Assembly (NCBI GenBank): GCA_016931625.1
Contig: JAFGEK010000079.1
Location: forward strand, 258-64,257
Length of the DNA: 64,000 bases
Direction: 5' to 3'
Origin: Deltaproteobacteria bacterium
GTDB lineage: Bacteria > Myxococcota > XYA12-FULL-58-9 > JAFGEK01
The translations under genes and the position numbers were made by a program. Of this stretch, positions 27,013 to 35,904 are shown piece after piece; the stretch's first letter is position 1; each line of letters begins with the position of its first letter. The notes below the pieces were generated by a model. It did not search any database. It was not told the origin of the DNA and saw nothing but the letters and a program-made list of their open reading frames with translations.

Positions 27013-28281
27013 TTATCGACATAAAGCGCGATCAAGCTCAGTAATCAGATCATTTACGTTTTCTAAGCCTACTGACATACGGATAAAATCATCACCAATA
27101 CCAGCATTTTCTCTTTCATTAATATTTAAGTTGCGATGAGTTGTGCTTGCTGGATGAATAACTAGTGTTTTGGTGTCACCGATGTTGGTGCTATGACAAA
27201 GTAACTCTATTTGATCAATAAAGTGACGGCCAGCTTCATATCCACCAGCTACACCAAAACCTATCATAGCACCAAAGTATTGACGTAAATACTTTTTAGC
27301 TTGAGTGTGTGATGGATGGTCTTCCAATTCTGGATAACAAACCCATTTTACCTGCGCATGTGATTTTAAAAATTTTGCAAGTTGCGAAGCGTTTTCACAA
27401 TGGCGTTGCATACGAATATGCAATGTTTCCATGCCGCGCAGCATGAGCCAAGCAGTATGTGGTGACATGCAAGCACCCATGTTCATCAGCACTTTGCCTC
27501 GTAAACGAGTAGTGAATGCTAAAGGACCAAACTGTTCGGCATAAGCACGACCAGTTGGGGTAGATTCAAACATCAAGGGATAGCGTTCAGGTTGCCAAAT
27601 AAAGCGGCCGGCATCGACTAAGATGCCACCAATAATCATACCATGACCATCAAGATATTTAGTGCATGAATGAATTACAAAGTCGGCACCATAATTAATA
27701 GGATTAGTAAGATATGGTGTCGCAATGGTATTATCAACGACATAGGGGACATTTATTTCATGAGCAATTGCACTTAAAGTTTCGTGGATGGGGACTAACA
27801 AACTAGGATTGGCTAAATTTTCAACAAAAATAAGCCGAGTTTTCTCAGTGATTTGAGTACGTAGCGAATTTTCATCAAGCGGATTAAAAAAGCGTGTTTT
27901 TATGCCAAGAGTGCTTAAGGTATCACGTAGTAGCCCAATACTACCACCATATAAGCAGGAGGCCGCGACGATCTCATCGTTAGGTCGCAACATATTAAGA
28001 ATTAGACCTGTTACTGCCGCCATGCCTGAAGCAAAGGCAACCCCAGCAACGCCGCCTTCTAACATTGCTACACGTATTTCAGCTTCGGCAACGGTTGGAT
28101 TACCTAAACGGCTATAGATGAAACCCGACTCTTTAAAATTAAAAAGTTCTGCAGCATGATCACTACTATCGTAAGTAAAAGCCGCAGTTTGATATAAAGG
28201 AATTGCACGAGCATGTTGATGGGCTTGCGGTTCATAGGTGCCATGCACCAACTCGGTCTCAGGAGCATATCGTTTTGACAT
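27013..28281 (-). CDS. metY: PLP-dependent O-acetylhomoserine aminocarboxypropyltransferase / sulfhydrylase (Cys/Met-metabolism family)
   Basis: Trans-sulfuration-family layout with the Lys-bearing motif region ...VIHSCTKYLDGHG... Confidence 0.75.
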   Translation of the reverse strand: MSKRYAPETELVHGTYEPQAHQHARAIPLYQTAAFTYDSSDHAAELFNFKESGFIYSRLGNPTVAEAEIRVAMLEGGVAGVAFASGMAAVTGLILNMLRPNDEIVAASCLYGGSIGLLRDTLSTLGIKTRFFNPLDENSLRTQITEKTRLIFVENLANPSLLVPIHETLSAIAHEINVPYVVDNTIATPYLTNPINYGADFVIHSCTKYLDGHGMIIGGILVDAGRFIWQPERYPLMFESTPTGRAYAEQFGPLAFTTRLRGKVLMNMGACMSPHTAWLMLRGMETLHIRMQRHCENASQLAKFLKSHAQVKWVCYPELEDHPSHTQAKKYLRQYFGAMIGFGVAGGYEAGRHFIDQIELLCHSTNIGDTKTLVIHPASTTHRNLNINERENAGIGDDFIRMSVGLENVNDLITELDRALCR

Positions 28282-28410
28282 ATGGCATTGATTACTTAAG
28301 TTTAGCAGAAAACCAAGAGAAAAATTACTTGCGAGTCACAGTTTCATATGTAATGGCATACTACATCAGCTTGCTAACGCTTACGGTACGGTTAAATTCA
28401 TCATAAAAGC

Positions 28411-29250
28411 ATGACAACACGTATTGGATTATTTGATTCTGGTGTAGGCGGTCTTGGTGTTTGGCGCGCTATAAATGCTGCTATTCCTGAAGCGACAACA
28501 ATATATGTCGCTGATCAGGTGCATTTTCCTTATGGTGCTTGTAAAAATACCCAAGTACAAAGCTATGCCTCTGCGATTTCCCGCTTTTTATTGGCAAAAG
28601 GTGCAGAAATTATTGTTGTTGCATGTAACTCAGCCTCGACTGCAGCCCTGCAATATCTGCGCGATAATTTTAAAAATGTTCCTTTTGTAGGTATGGAACC
28701 TGCAGTGAAACCAGCGATCGAACAAACACGCAGTAAAGCTGTTGCGGTATTAGCTACAGAGTTAACCGCCCAAGGCGAAGCTTTGGCGAAGCTTTGTCAG
28801 CGCTTTGAGCATAGCGCGCGGATTATTGCACAACCATGTCCGGGGCTGGCTGAAATTGTCGAAGCTGGTGCAGTTGATATAGCTTCAACTGATGGGCATC
28901 TCCGTGAACTACTAAAGCCGCTAATTGCCGCCAAAGTTGATCAATTAGTCTTAGGATGTACTCATTATTCGTTTTTACGTACGGCAATTGCCAAAATTGT
29001 TGGTGATAAAGTTAATATAATTGACCCAGCAGAGGCCGTTGCACGTCAGGTGCAACGAGTATTGTTATCGCTAAATACTATTAATGATAAGTTAGGAATA
29101 TCGGTGCAGCATGAGTTTTATACTACTGCGGTACCAGAAAAATTTTCTAGCCTCGTAGATAGTTTACTACCATCCTTACCGCATGAAACTAGTAGTATTA
29201 AAGGTCTTATATGGCGGGATGAAAGCTTAAGTTTGGTAGAATCTTTGTGA
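28411..29250 (+). CDS. murI: glutamate racemase
   Basis: MTTRIGLFDSGVGGLGV start; the two catalytic Cys blocks ACNSAS and GCTHYSF. Confidence 0.85.
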   Translation: MTTRIGLFDSGVGGLGVWRAINAAIPEATTIYVADQVHFPYGACKNTQVQSYASAISRFLLAKGAEIIVVACNSASTAALQYLRDNFKNVPFVGMEPAVKPAIEQTRSKAVAVLATELTAQGEALAKLCQRFEHSARIIAQPCPGLAEIVEAGAVDIASTDGHLRELLKPLIAAKVDQLVLGCTHYSFLRTAIAKIVGDKVNIIDPAEAVARQVQRVLLSLNTINDKLGISVQHEFYTTAVPEKFSSLVDSLLPSLPHETSSIKGLIWRDESLSLVESL

Positions 29251-29256
29251 GTCGTT

Positions 29257-29407
29257 AATAATTCGGTCAAGCATAGTATCGAATTTGGCATCGATAGATC
29301 GACGTGCGGCATCTGCATCATACCAGGTCATAATTTCTGCCGCCCCACTTACGAATGAAATACGTGCGGTATAATCAGGAACCACCACCAATAAATAATA
29401 CTTTCAT
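29257..29407 (-). pseudogene. possible remnant of a small gene with a strong Shine-Dalgarno (MKVLFIGGG...) that is frameshifted after roughly 10 codons
   Basis: Minus strand: GGAGAA, 8 nt, then ATG MKVLFIGGGS*. A second frame continues VVPDYTARISFVSGAAEIMTWYDADAARRSIDAKFDTMLDRIINDSQRFYQT*. Confidence 0.25.
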
Positions 29408-29453
29408 AATAGTAGTTCTCCTAATACCTAATCTGTTGAAGTGGCAGAAAGCG

Positions 29454-29633
29454 TTACTCGTCCGGGAAATACTCAAGCCCAAAAGAGTCGTTATTGAGCA
29501 AGGTTTCTTGAGGGTCGATACTAATTTGCGGGTCGATAGTTGCATTATTATTGCTGCAACCTCCTGAAATAAAGGAGGAAATTATGATGGTTAGCGTAAG
29601 CCATTTGAATTGGTAATAGTAAGTTAAAAGCAT
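29454..29633 (-). CDS. candidate 59 aa small lipoprotein (not in the supplied ORF track)
   Basis: The minus-strand ORF reads MLLTYYYQFKWLTLTIIISSFISGGCSNNNATIDPQISIDPQETLLNNDSFGLEYFPDE: a hydrophobic signal followed by Cys. No clear Shine-Dalgarno. Confidence 0.25.
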   Translation of the reverse strand: MLLTYYYQFKWLTLTIIISSFISGGCSNNNATIDPQISIDPQETLLNNDSFGLEYFPDE

Positions 29634-29740
29634 GGAGATAATTCCAATAATTCTTGATTTAAAAAATTAGCAACTAACAGGTGACAGGATAAGTCTTTCA
29701 TGTTTTGATAAAGCTTAAATAGCAGAATGTGAGGGTAGTT

Positions 29741-31402
29741 ATGAACCGCAAGACTACAATATTTTTTAGTTTATGTGCATTATTAGTTATTGCTGCAAAA
29801 GGCAATTCATGCACGCAAACCTGCGATACCAATGCTGATTGTGGAAAAGACAAATACTGCGCCAAAGTTGCTGAAGATTGTGCAGGCTCGGGGACGTGTG
29901 AAATACTGCCAACTATCTGTCCCAAAAATTATACTCCCGTATGTGGCTGTGATGGCAATGAATATAGCAATACCTGTTATGCAAATCGTCAGGGCGTAAA
30001 TGTTGCTTATGCGGGTGAGTGTAATACTGGAACTAACCCTGAAGCTTGTTTTAATAGCGAAAAATGTGGCGAAGGCAATTATTGCCTTTTTGCGAGTTGT
30101 GCTGCACAAACAGGTGAGTGTGCGAAACGCCCAGAAGCATGTTACGAAATTTACAGTCCAGTATGTGGCTGCGACGGCAAGACCTATAGCAACGATTGTT
30201 TCGCTGCGGGTGCGGGAATAAGTGTTGCTTATGATGGTGTGTGCGAAGGTGAAGTTGAAACCTGTTGGGACAATCAATCCTGTGGCCCCAAAGGCTATTG
30301 TAAGTTTGCTAGTTGTGCAGCAGAGACAGGAGTATGCCAAGCTCGGCCAGATGCTTGCTTAGATGAAGATAAAGCAGCAGTTTGCGGTTGTGACAATAAG
30401 ACATATAATAATGAATGTTTTGCTGCTATGGCGGGTGTACGTGTTGCCTATGAAGGTGAATGTAAAGTTGATCCCGACCCAGATCCAAAGACCTGTGGAA
30501 TTGATAAAAAATGTAACGAAGGTTTTTATTGTTTGCTAAATGAATGCAATGCCAACTCCGGCGTATGCGAAAAAATTCCAACAATTTGTCCGCTACAGAC
30601 AGATCCATTGCTTAAAGAAGATGTCTGTGGTTGCGATGGGATTAGCTATAAGAATTCATGTTTAGCAGCGGCCTCCGGTGTAAACATTGCGTATAAAGGT
30701 GAGTGCCAAACTGATCCCGATCCTGAGACCTGCAGGGATAACGAATTTTGTGGCATAAATCGTTATTGCAAGAAATCTAGTTGTGCTGCTGAATCAGGTT
30801 TGTGCAGTGACCAGCCCAGTAAAGATGATTGCAATGCTACTGATTATAAGCCGGTCTGCAGTTGCGAAGGTAATGATTATAATAACGAATGCTTAGCTGC
30901 AGCAGCTGGCGAAAATGTTGACTATGAAGGCAAATGCAAAACTGAACCACAAATTTGTTGGGAAGGTAATAAATGCCCCGAAGGTAACTACTGCCTATAC
31001 AACGCTTGTGGGGCAAAATCAGGTACGTGTACATTGCAACCAACTTATTGCCCAACTGTAAGAGAGCCGGTCTGTGGCTGCAATGGTGTTACTTATAGTA
31101 ATTCTTGTATAGCTGCTAATAAAGGCATGAGTATTGATTATAAAGGTGTTTGTGAAAGAGACCACTGCTTTAAAGTCGGTGAATGCGGCGAAGGTTTATA
31201 TTGTTATTTTGACTCTTGTGCTGCTGAAACCGGTAAATGCATAAAAGTTCCAACAGATTGTAAAAAACCAGCAAGACCAGTATGTGGTTGTGACTATAAT
31301 TTATACGACGATGAATGCCAAGCAGCAAACAAAGGCATTTCAATCGATTTAACAGGCATGCGATGCCTGCATTTTGAAAAGGGAATCAATATATTAGATT
31401 AG
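29741..31402 (+). CDS. secreted protein of seven tandem follistatin-like modules (N-terminal 4-Cys subdomain plus 6-Cys Kazal-type protease-inhibitor subdomain each)
   Basis: Signal peptide MNRKTTIFFSLCALLVIAAKG, with a GAGGGT Shine-Dalgarno 5 nt upstream of this ATG. Seven repeats of roughly 75 aa follow C..C..G.YC....C....G.C...P..C...Y.PVCGCDG.TY.N.C.A...G..VAY.G.C, i.e. 10 Cys per module with the Kazal core PVCGCDG.TY.N.C. Confidence 0.85.
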   Translation: MNRKTTIFFSLCALLVIAAKGNSCTQTCDTNADCGKDKYCAKVAEDCAGSGTCEILPTICPKNYTPVCGCDGNEYSNTCYANRQGVNVAYAGECNTGTNPEACFNSEKCGEGNYCLFASCAAQTGECAKRPEACYEIYSPVCGCDGKTYSNDCFAAGAGISVAYDGVCEGEVETCWDNQSCGPKGYCKFASCAAETGVCQARPDACLDEDKAAVCGCDNKTYNNECFAAMAGVRVAYEGECKVDPDPDPKTCGIDKKCNEGFYCLLNECNANSGVCEKIPTICPLQTDPLLKEDVCGCDGISYKNSCLAAASGVNIAYKGECQTDPDPETCRDNEFCGINRYCKKSSCAAESGLCSDQPSKDDCNATDYKPVCSCEGNDYNNECLAAAAGENVDYEGKCKTEPQICWEGNKCPEGNYCLYNACGAKSGTCTLQPTYCPTVREPVCGCNGVTYSNSCIAANKGMSIDYKGVCERDHCFKVGECGEGLYCYFDSCAAETGKCIKVPTDCKKPARPVCGCDYNLYDDECQAANKGISIDLTGMRCLHFEKGINILD

Positions 31403-31415
31403 TAAATTATTTCGC

Positions 31416-31450
31416 CTCTTAAGGTCTCTTCTCATATGAGACCTTAAGAG
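31416..31450. terminator. hairpin between convergent genes (13 bp perfect stem CTCTTAAGGTCTC / GAGACCTTAAGAG, 9 nt loop); likely bidirectional terminator
   Basis: Seen in the sequence. It lies between the stop of the Kazal gene (31402) and the stop of the Hsp20 gene (31476). The flanks are AT-rich on both sides, but there is no clean U-tract. Confidence 0.5.
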
Positions 31451-31458
31451 ACTAAAAG

Positions 31459-31479
31459 CTAGGGACACCCCCTAATTAT
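31459..31479. repeat. solo copy of the roughly 20 bp motif CTAGGGACACCCCCTAATTAT, related to the MITE terminal inverted repeat at 47.3 kb
   Basis: Shares AGGGACAC-N-CCCT-RAYTA with the sites at 35048, 46978, 47324 and 47521. Its TAATTA provides the stop codon of the Hsp20 gene. Confidence 0.6.
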
Positions 31480-31874
31480 CCCGCCTTTACTGCAATTTTT
31501 TTAGCTTTTGCTGGTTCAGCTTTGGGCAGCGTTAAACGCAGGACACCGTTTTTCACATTGGCGGATATACGATCGCGATCGACATCAGTAGCCAAGGTAA
31601 ATACACGGCGATAGTCGCCATCGCTAAACTCTTTTAAACCTAAATTATAGCCAGCAAAATCACTGGTGGGCATATGTCCTTCGATAGTAAGCACATCGTT
31701 TTCAAGAGTAATGTCAATTGAACTTTCATCAATCCCGGCCATGTCAGCAGTTAACACAATTTCTTCATTTGATTCATTGATGTCAACCGCTGGTACTAAG
31801 ACCGGACGATTACTTGCGCGTTCAATACGATGAGCGACGCTTTTAGTATCTTGAGTTTCAAGTTGTGTTGACAT
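31476..31874 (-). CDS. Hsp20/alpha-crystallin-family small heat-shock protein
   Basis: Start set at MSTQLETQ, with a GGAGGA Shine-Dalgarno. Alpha-crystallin domain ...EIVLTADMAGIDESSIDITLENDVLTIEG...GVLRLTLPKA. Confidence 0.8.
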   Translation of the reverse strand: MSTQLETQDTKSVAHRIERASNRPVLVPAVDINESNEEIVLTADMAGIDESSIDITLENDVLTIEGHMPTSDFAGYNLGLKEFSDGDYRRVFTLATDVDRDRISANVKNGVLRLTLPKAEPAKAKKIAVKAG

Positions 31875-31902
31875 GGCTTCCTCCATAACAACGAGATATA
31901 TA

Positions 31903-32343
31903 TTAATGAGATTTAACCGCAATCCGTTTTGGTCGATCAGCGTTGGCTCGCGGCAGCTTAAGTTCCAAGATACCGTTTTTAAAAGTAGCTTCTACCTGAT
32001 CCGACTCAAGTCGATATGGCATTTGCAAAGTGCGACTGAACGAACCAAACTCACGCTCTCGTCGGTGGTAAGTTGTATCCTTATCAGCCTCGGGGAGGTT
32101 GCGTTTGCCACTAATTGTTACCGAATCACCTAACACTGAAATATCAATGTCTTCTGGTGCGGTATCGGGTAATAATGCACGTAAAATAGCACCTTCGTCG
32201 TTAGTCCAGACGTTGATAGCTGGGGTGTTTACTATGCGTCCGTCGCTAGCATTAGAAAATACGCGATTAAATTCATCATGCAATCGAGACAGCTCCCGCC
32301 ACGGAGCCCACGTTCTTGCGAGACTGAACTCATTACCAAACAT
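31903..32343 (-). CDS. Hsp20/alpha-crystallin-family small heat-shock protein (second tandem copy)
   Basis: Start set at MFGNEFSLART, with an AGGAGG Shine-Dalgarno. ...DIDISVLGDSVTISGKR...GILELKLPRA. Confidence 0.8.
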   Translation of the reverse strand: MFGNEFSLARTWAPWRELSRLHDEFNRVFSNASDGRIVNTPAINVWTNDEGAILRALLPDTAPEDIDISVLGDSVTISGKRNLPEADKDTTYHRREREFGSFSRTLQMPYRLESDQVEATFKNGILELKLPRANADRPKRIAVKSH

Positions 32344-32462
32344 GTTGTTCCTCCTTGCGGTTAAGCCCATTTGTTTGGGCGCCGTTTGTTGAGAGGAATT
32401 TAGGTAGACTCTTTTTACTGTCAACTATCGCTTCTGCAATAAAATTGAGTTAAAAGTATTTT

Positions 32463-33455
32463 ATGAAAAAAGTGATCTGGGGCGTTTTAAGTACCGCGAA
32501 TATCGCGATCAAAAAAGTAATTCCCGCAATGCAACAAAGTTCATGGTGCGAAATTCGCGCTATTGCGTCGCGCTCAGCAGACAAGGCGCACAAAGCGGCT
32601 GATACCTTAGGTATTACGCATGCTTATGGTTCCTACCAAGAATTGCTTGCTGATAGCGAGATTGAGGCAATTTATAATCCCTTGCCTAACCACTTACATG
32701 TGCCACTTACATTGCAGGCGGCTGCTGCCGGTAAGCATGTCTTATGCGAAAAACCAATAGCTTTAAATCACCACGAAGCCGAACAGCTTCTTGCTGCGGC
32801 TAATAAAGTAAAAATAATGGAAGCATTTATGGTGCGCTTTCATCCACAGTGGCAACGTGTACGTGAACTAATCAGTAGTGGGCATATCGGTACACCTCGT
32901 GCAGTACAAGTATTTTTTTCATTTTTTAACGACAACCCAAGAGATGTGCGAAACCAAGCTATGATCGGTGGTGGTGCTTTATACGATATTGGCTGTTATG
33001 CCATTCTAGCCGGTCGTTTTATGTTTGCTGCAAAAGCCAAGCGAGCTATTGCGCTTATCGATCGCGATCCAAATTTTGGCATAGATCGTACCAGCAGCGG
33101 CATTGTCGATTTTGGCGAAGGACGTCAACTTAGTTTCACCGTTTCGACGCAAGCTGATAACTACCAATTAATGCAAGTACATGGCAGTAAAGGACGCATC
33201 GAATTAGCCATACCCTTTAACCCGCAATCAGAAACTCGCATTTTAATTGCTGATCATGAAACTCAAATAGGTGACCCTTTAAAAGTTGAAATAATACCAA
33301 AATGCGATCAATACACCTTACAAGGCGAAGCATTCTCGCGAGCTATTCGGGGCGAGATTGAATTACCCTATGATGTTAACGATGCCATACAAAATATGCG
33401 TATTATTGATGCGCTCTTTCGTTCAGAGCAAAGCGGTACTTGGGAAACATGTTAG
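32463..33455 (+). CDS. Gfo/Idh/MocA-family NAD(P)-dependent oxidoreductase
   Basis: N-terminal Rossmann fold (VIWGVLSTANIA...) and the EKP motif HVLCEKPIALN. Confidence 0.8.
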   Translation: MKKVIWGVLSTANIAIKKVIPAMQQSSWCEIRAIASRSADKAHKAADTLGITHAYGSYQELLADSEIEAIYNPLPNHLHVPLTLQAAAAGKHVLCEKPIALNHHEAEQLLAAANKVKIMEAFMVRFHPQWQRVRELISSGHIGTPRAVQVFFSFFNDNPRDVRNQAMIGGGALYDIGCYAILAGRFMFAAKAKRAIALIDRDPNFGIDRTSSGIVDFGEGRQLSFTVSTQADNYQLMQVHGSKGRIELAIPFNPQSETRILIADHETQIGDPLKVEIIPKCDQYTLQGEAFSRAIRGEIELPYDVNDAIQNMRIIDALFRSEQSGTWETC

Positions 33456-33504
33456 CCCTATAGGAATGATATTGTACTAAGAGGCTATTTATAGGAGATA
33501 GCTA

Positions 33505-34116
33505 ATGATTAACGACAGCAAAAAAGTAATACTTGACGAGACGGCATGGCGTTTACTTTTATTAGATGCGCGCACTCATAAGGCATGGATCAATAAGCCA
33601 ATTGCTGACGATCTACTAAAAAGATTATATAATTTGGTTCGTATGGCTCCGACCGCTATGAATATACAACCGATACGTCTATTGTTTGTAAAAAGCCGAG
33701 AAGCCAAAGAGCGCCTACGACCAACTTTAGACCATGGTAATGTCGATAAAACAATGGCTGCGCCGGTTACTGTTATCATTGCATACGATACTGAATTCTA
33801 CCATAAAATGCCCAAGTTGGTGCCACACGATCCAGATGCAGGCAAGCGGATCGCTGCAAGAGAGTCAGAAGCTATAATACGAATGGCACTTGCTAGCGCG
33901 ACACTACAAGCAGGTTATTTAATCCTAGCGGCCCGAGGGCTTGGGCTTGATTGTGGACCCATGGGGGGATTTAACGCTAATAGAGTTGACGTTGAATTTT
34001 TACCTGAAGGTAAATGGAAGTCGTTTTTGTTATTGAACCTTGGTTATGGTGATTCATCGCAACTTATTGCAAGAGCACCTAGATTAGAATTCGATGAGGC
34101 TTGCGAAATTATCTAA
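33505..34116 (+). CDS. nitroreductase-family protein, RutE-like (malonic semialdehyde reductase-type)
   Basis: Close to the RutE pattern over its whole length: LLDARTH..W, KERLRP.L..GN, LNLGYGDSSQL.AR.PRL.F(D/E)EAC. Confidence 0.7.
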   Translation: MINDSKKVILDETAWRLLLLDARTHKAWINKPIADDLLKRLYNLVRMAPTAMNIQPIRLLFVKSREAKERLRPTLDHGNVDKTMAAPVTVIIAYDTEFYHKMPKLVPHDPDAGKRIAARESEAIIRMALASATLQAGYLILAARGLGLDCGPMGGFNANRVDVEFLPEGKWKSFLLLNLGYGDSSQLIARAPRLEFDEACEII

Positions 34117-34259
34117 TTATCCGACATATTAACATTAGGATATAGTCTATGACATTTTCTATTTATGACTTTTTAGTGAAGACTAACAAAGGTGAAGAAA
34201 TAACCTACAAAAATATCGTGGTAAAGTTTTGCTGATTTTTAAAGCAACCAGTATAACGA

Positions 34260-34560
34260 TTATATTTGTTCTGTTGCGATGATTGTATTATTTAATTTAT
34301 TAGAATCACTGAGCATCCGCAGTTGTATAAATATCGCAGTGGCGGTTAAAGAAGTGGCGCAGAAATCAGCTATAGGTATAGCAAACCACACGCCATCAAG
34401 ACTAAACCATCGAGGTAGTAATAATAGTAATGGCAAAAGTAGAATTACTTGGCGTGACAAGCTTAATAGCAAAGCGATTTTGGCTTTACCGATAGCTTGA
34501 AAAAATTAGCACCAATGATTTGAAATCCAATTATTGGTAAAACAGCAAAACAAATATGTA
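34260..34560 (-). pseudogene. C-terminal remnant (roughly 95 codons) of a MATE-family efflux transporter gene
   Basis: The minus-strand frames give NFFQAIGKAKIALLLSLSRQVILLLPLLLLLPRWFSLDGVWFAIPIADFCATSLTATAIFIQLRMLSD, a typical MATE C-terminal helix pair. Upstream is broken by stops and frameshifts. Confidence 0.55.
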
Positions 34561-34756
34561 TGCCATGTACACCAATTTTAATTAGATTATAAAAGCGCTA
34601 GGTTACTGCTTTGGGATTTCGTTATTAGACTTGATTACGAATAATCTCACTTAAAATTTTTAATTCTCTGTTCCCTGTTCTTTAAATCTTCATTTTGTCT
34701 TTAACCAAGCGAGGTTGAACTTACGTATTTAAAGAACTTAAGAATAGGGGACGGGG

Positions 34757-35033
34757 AATGAAAGGCGATGATATAGCTGATAGACTGCTACTTTTTGCCG
34801 TAGATGTATTTAACTTGGCTTTTGAAAATACCACAAGATGTAGCAGGAAAACATTTATCGCGACAGCTTATACGTTAATCTACAGGCGGTGGCGCAAATT
34901 ATGAAGAAGCACGCGGTGCACTTAAGCAAAGCTGATTTTATACATAAGGTAAGCATCGCAGTTAAAGAATTACGAGAATCTTTGTATTGGCGTAAAATTG
35001 ATAAAACGAGCAAAGCTTTCAACATGTGTTAAA
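34757..35033 (+). pseudogene. frameshifted remnant of a four-helix-bundle (23S rRNA intervening-sequence-type) protein gene
   Basis: Frame 1 reads MKGDDIADRLLLFAVDVFNLAFENTTRCSRKTFIATAYTLIYRRWRKL*. A shifted frame continues ...GGGANYEEARGALSKADFIHKVSIAVKELRESLYWRKIDKTSKAFNMC*, which corresponds to the NIAEG...FI.FL.IA.GS..E..T.L blocks of that family. Confidence 0.5.
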
Positions 35034-35047
35034 CTTGACGAGCAACA

Positions 35048-35069
35048 TTTAGGGACACTCCCTAATTAC
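35048..35069. repeat. solo copy of the MITE-TIR-related motif TTTAGGGACACTCCCTAATTAC
   Basis: See 31459 and 47324. It lies in a roughly 1.1 kb stretch that otherwise holds only gene remnants. Confidence 0.6.
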
Positions 35070-35252
35070 TTTCAATCTTGATCGTGTTGATGGTTAAATA
35101 TTTTGATTCACTATTTAAAAAAATGGTGGCATTTAAGCTTTAGAAAAAAATGGTAGCTTTTTAAGAAGTAACTATTTTGGTAAATATTTAAATAAAACCA
35201 TTGCACAAAATTATTCGTCTGCGGTGTCAGTATCGTTAGAGCATTTTGGAGA

Positions 35253-35801
35253 ATGGTAATGCATATTAGCCTTAAAGTAGCATTACAGCTGTTAGTATTT
35301 GCTATGACAGCCTGCGGACCAGAAACCGAAGAAATTACTTTAGTAGTAGAAGATTATCGTGTGCCTTGTTATTACCAATTGGCGCGTTTATGCTATTTAA
35401 CTAATGAAGGTGTAATCTATGAAGATATTGAAAATTGGCGTTATCGGTGGGGATATCAGACGGTTTTACAAATAAAGAGAGAAAAAGTTAAAAATCCGCT
35501 GATGGATGAACTACCGTATCGTTATTATTATGAGAAAGAAATATTTGCCGAGCGAGTAGTCACAGGGAGTAAATTTAAAATTAACATTCAAGACCCTGGG
35601 CATTTAACCTATGTTGATGAAAGCAGGTATTCGTTGGTGGGTGAGCAAGATATAGATTGCGGCAAGAATTCTTTATGTGAGCAAATCGCTGCTGCCTTAC
35701 AAAATGACGAAATGTATTTCAAACTAGAATTAAGTCATCCTGCTAATGAATCAGAGCCTTTTCTACTTGAAACATTTATCCCACACTCAAAAGAAAACTA
35801 A
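35253..35801 (+). CDS. hypothetical lipoprotein
   Basis: Signal peptide with lipobox LVFAMTAC. No further recognisable domain. Confidence 0.55.
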   Translation: MVMHISLKVALQLLVFAMTACGPETEEITLVVEDYRVPCYYQLARLCYLTNEGVIYEDIENWRYRWGYQTVLQIKREKVKNPLMDELPYRYYYEKEIFAERVVTGSKFKINIQDPGHLTYVDESRYSLVGEQDIDCGKNSLCEQIAAALQNDEMYFKLELSHPANESEPFLLETFIPHSKEN

Positions 35802-35864
35802 GAGCTACTATATTACCGTATAAATATATTATGACAGTAGTGGCAGAAATATGCCTTGTAAAAG

Positions 35865-35904
35865 CGAAGTAACAACCATCGCCTTAAGGCGATGGTTGTT
35901 ACTT
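35865..35904. other. perfect 18 bp-stem inverted repeat with 4 nt loop (GAAGTAACAACCATCGCC-TTAA-GGCGATGGTTGTTACTTC)
   Basis: Seen in the sequence. It lies 64 nt after the lipoprotein gene stop and overlaps the predicted start of ORF 35892. No U-tract follows. Confidence 0.6.

Noticed and set aside
29355-29567. ORF 29355-29567 (+) 70 aa
   Set aside because: No Shine-Dalgarno and low-complexity translation. The region is better explained by the minus-strand small ORFs and hairpin.
34260-34500. ORFs 34260-34472(-) and 34279-34500(+) as real small genes
   Set aside because: The minus-strand reading matches the C-terminal helices of a MATE transporter and is truncated by stops upstream. It is better explained as a pseudogene fragment, and the plus-strand ORF is its antisense shadow.
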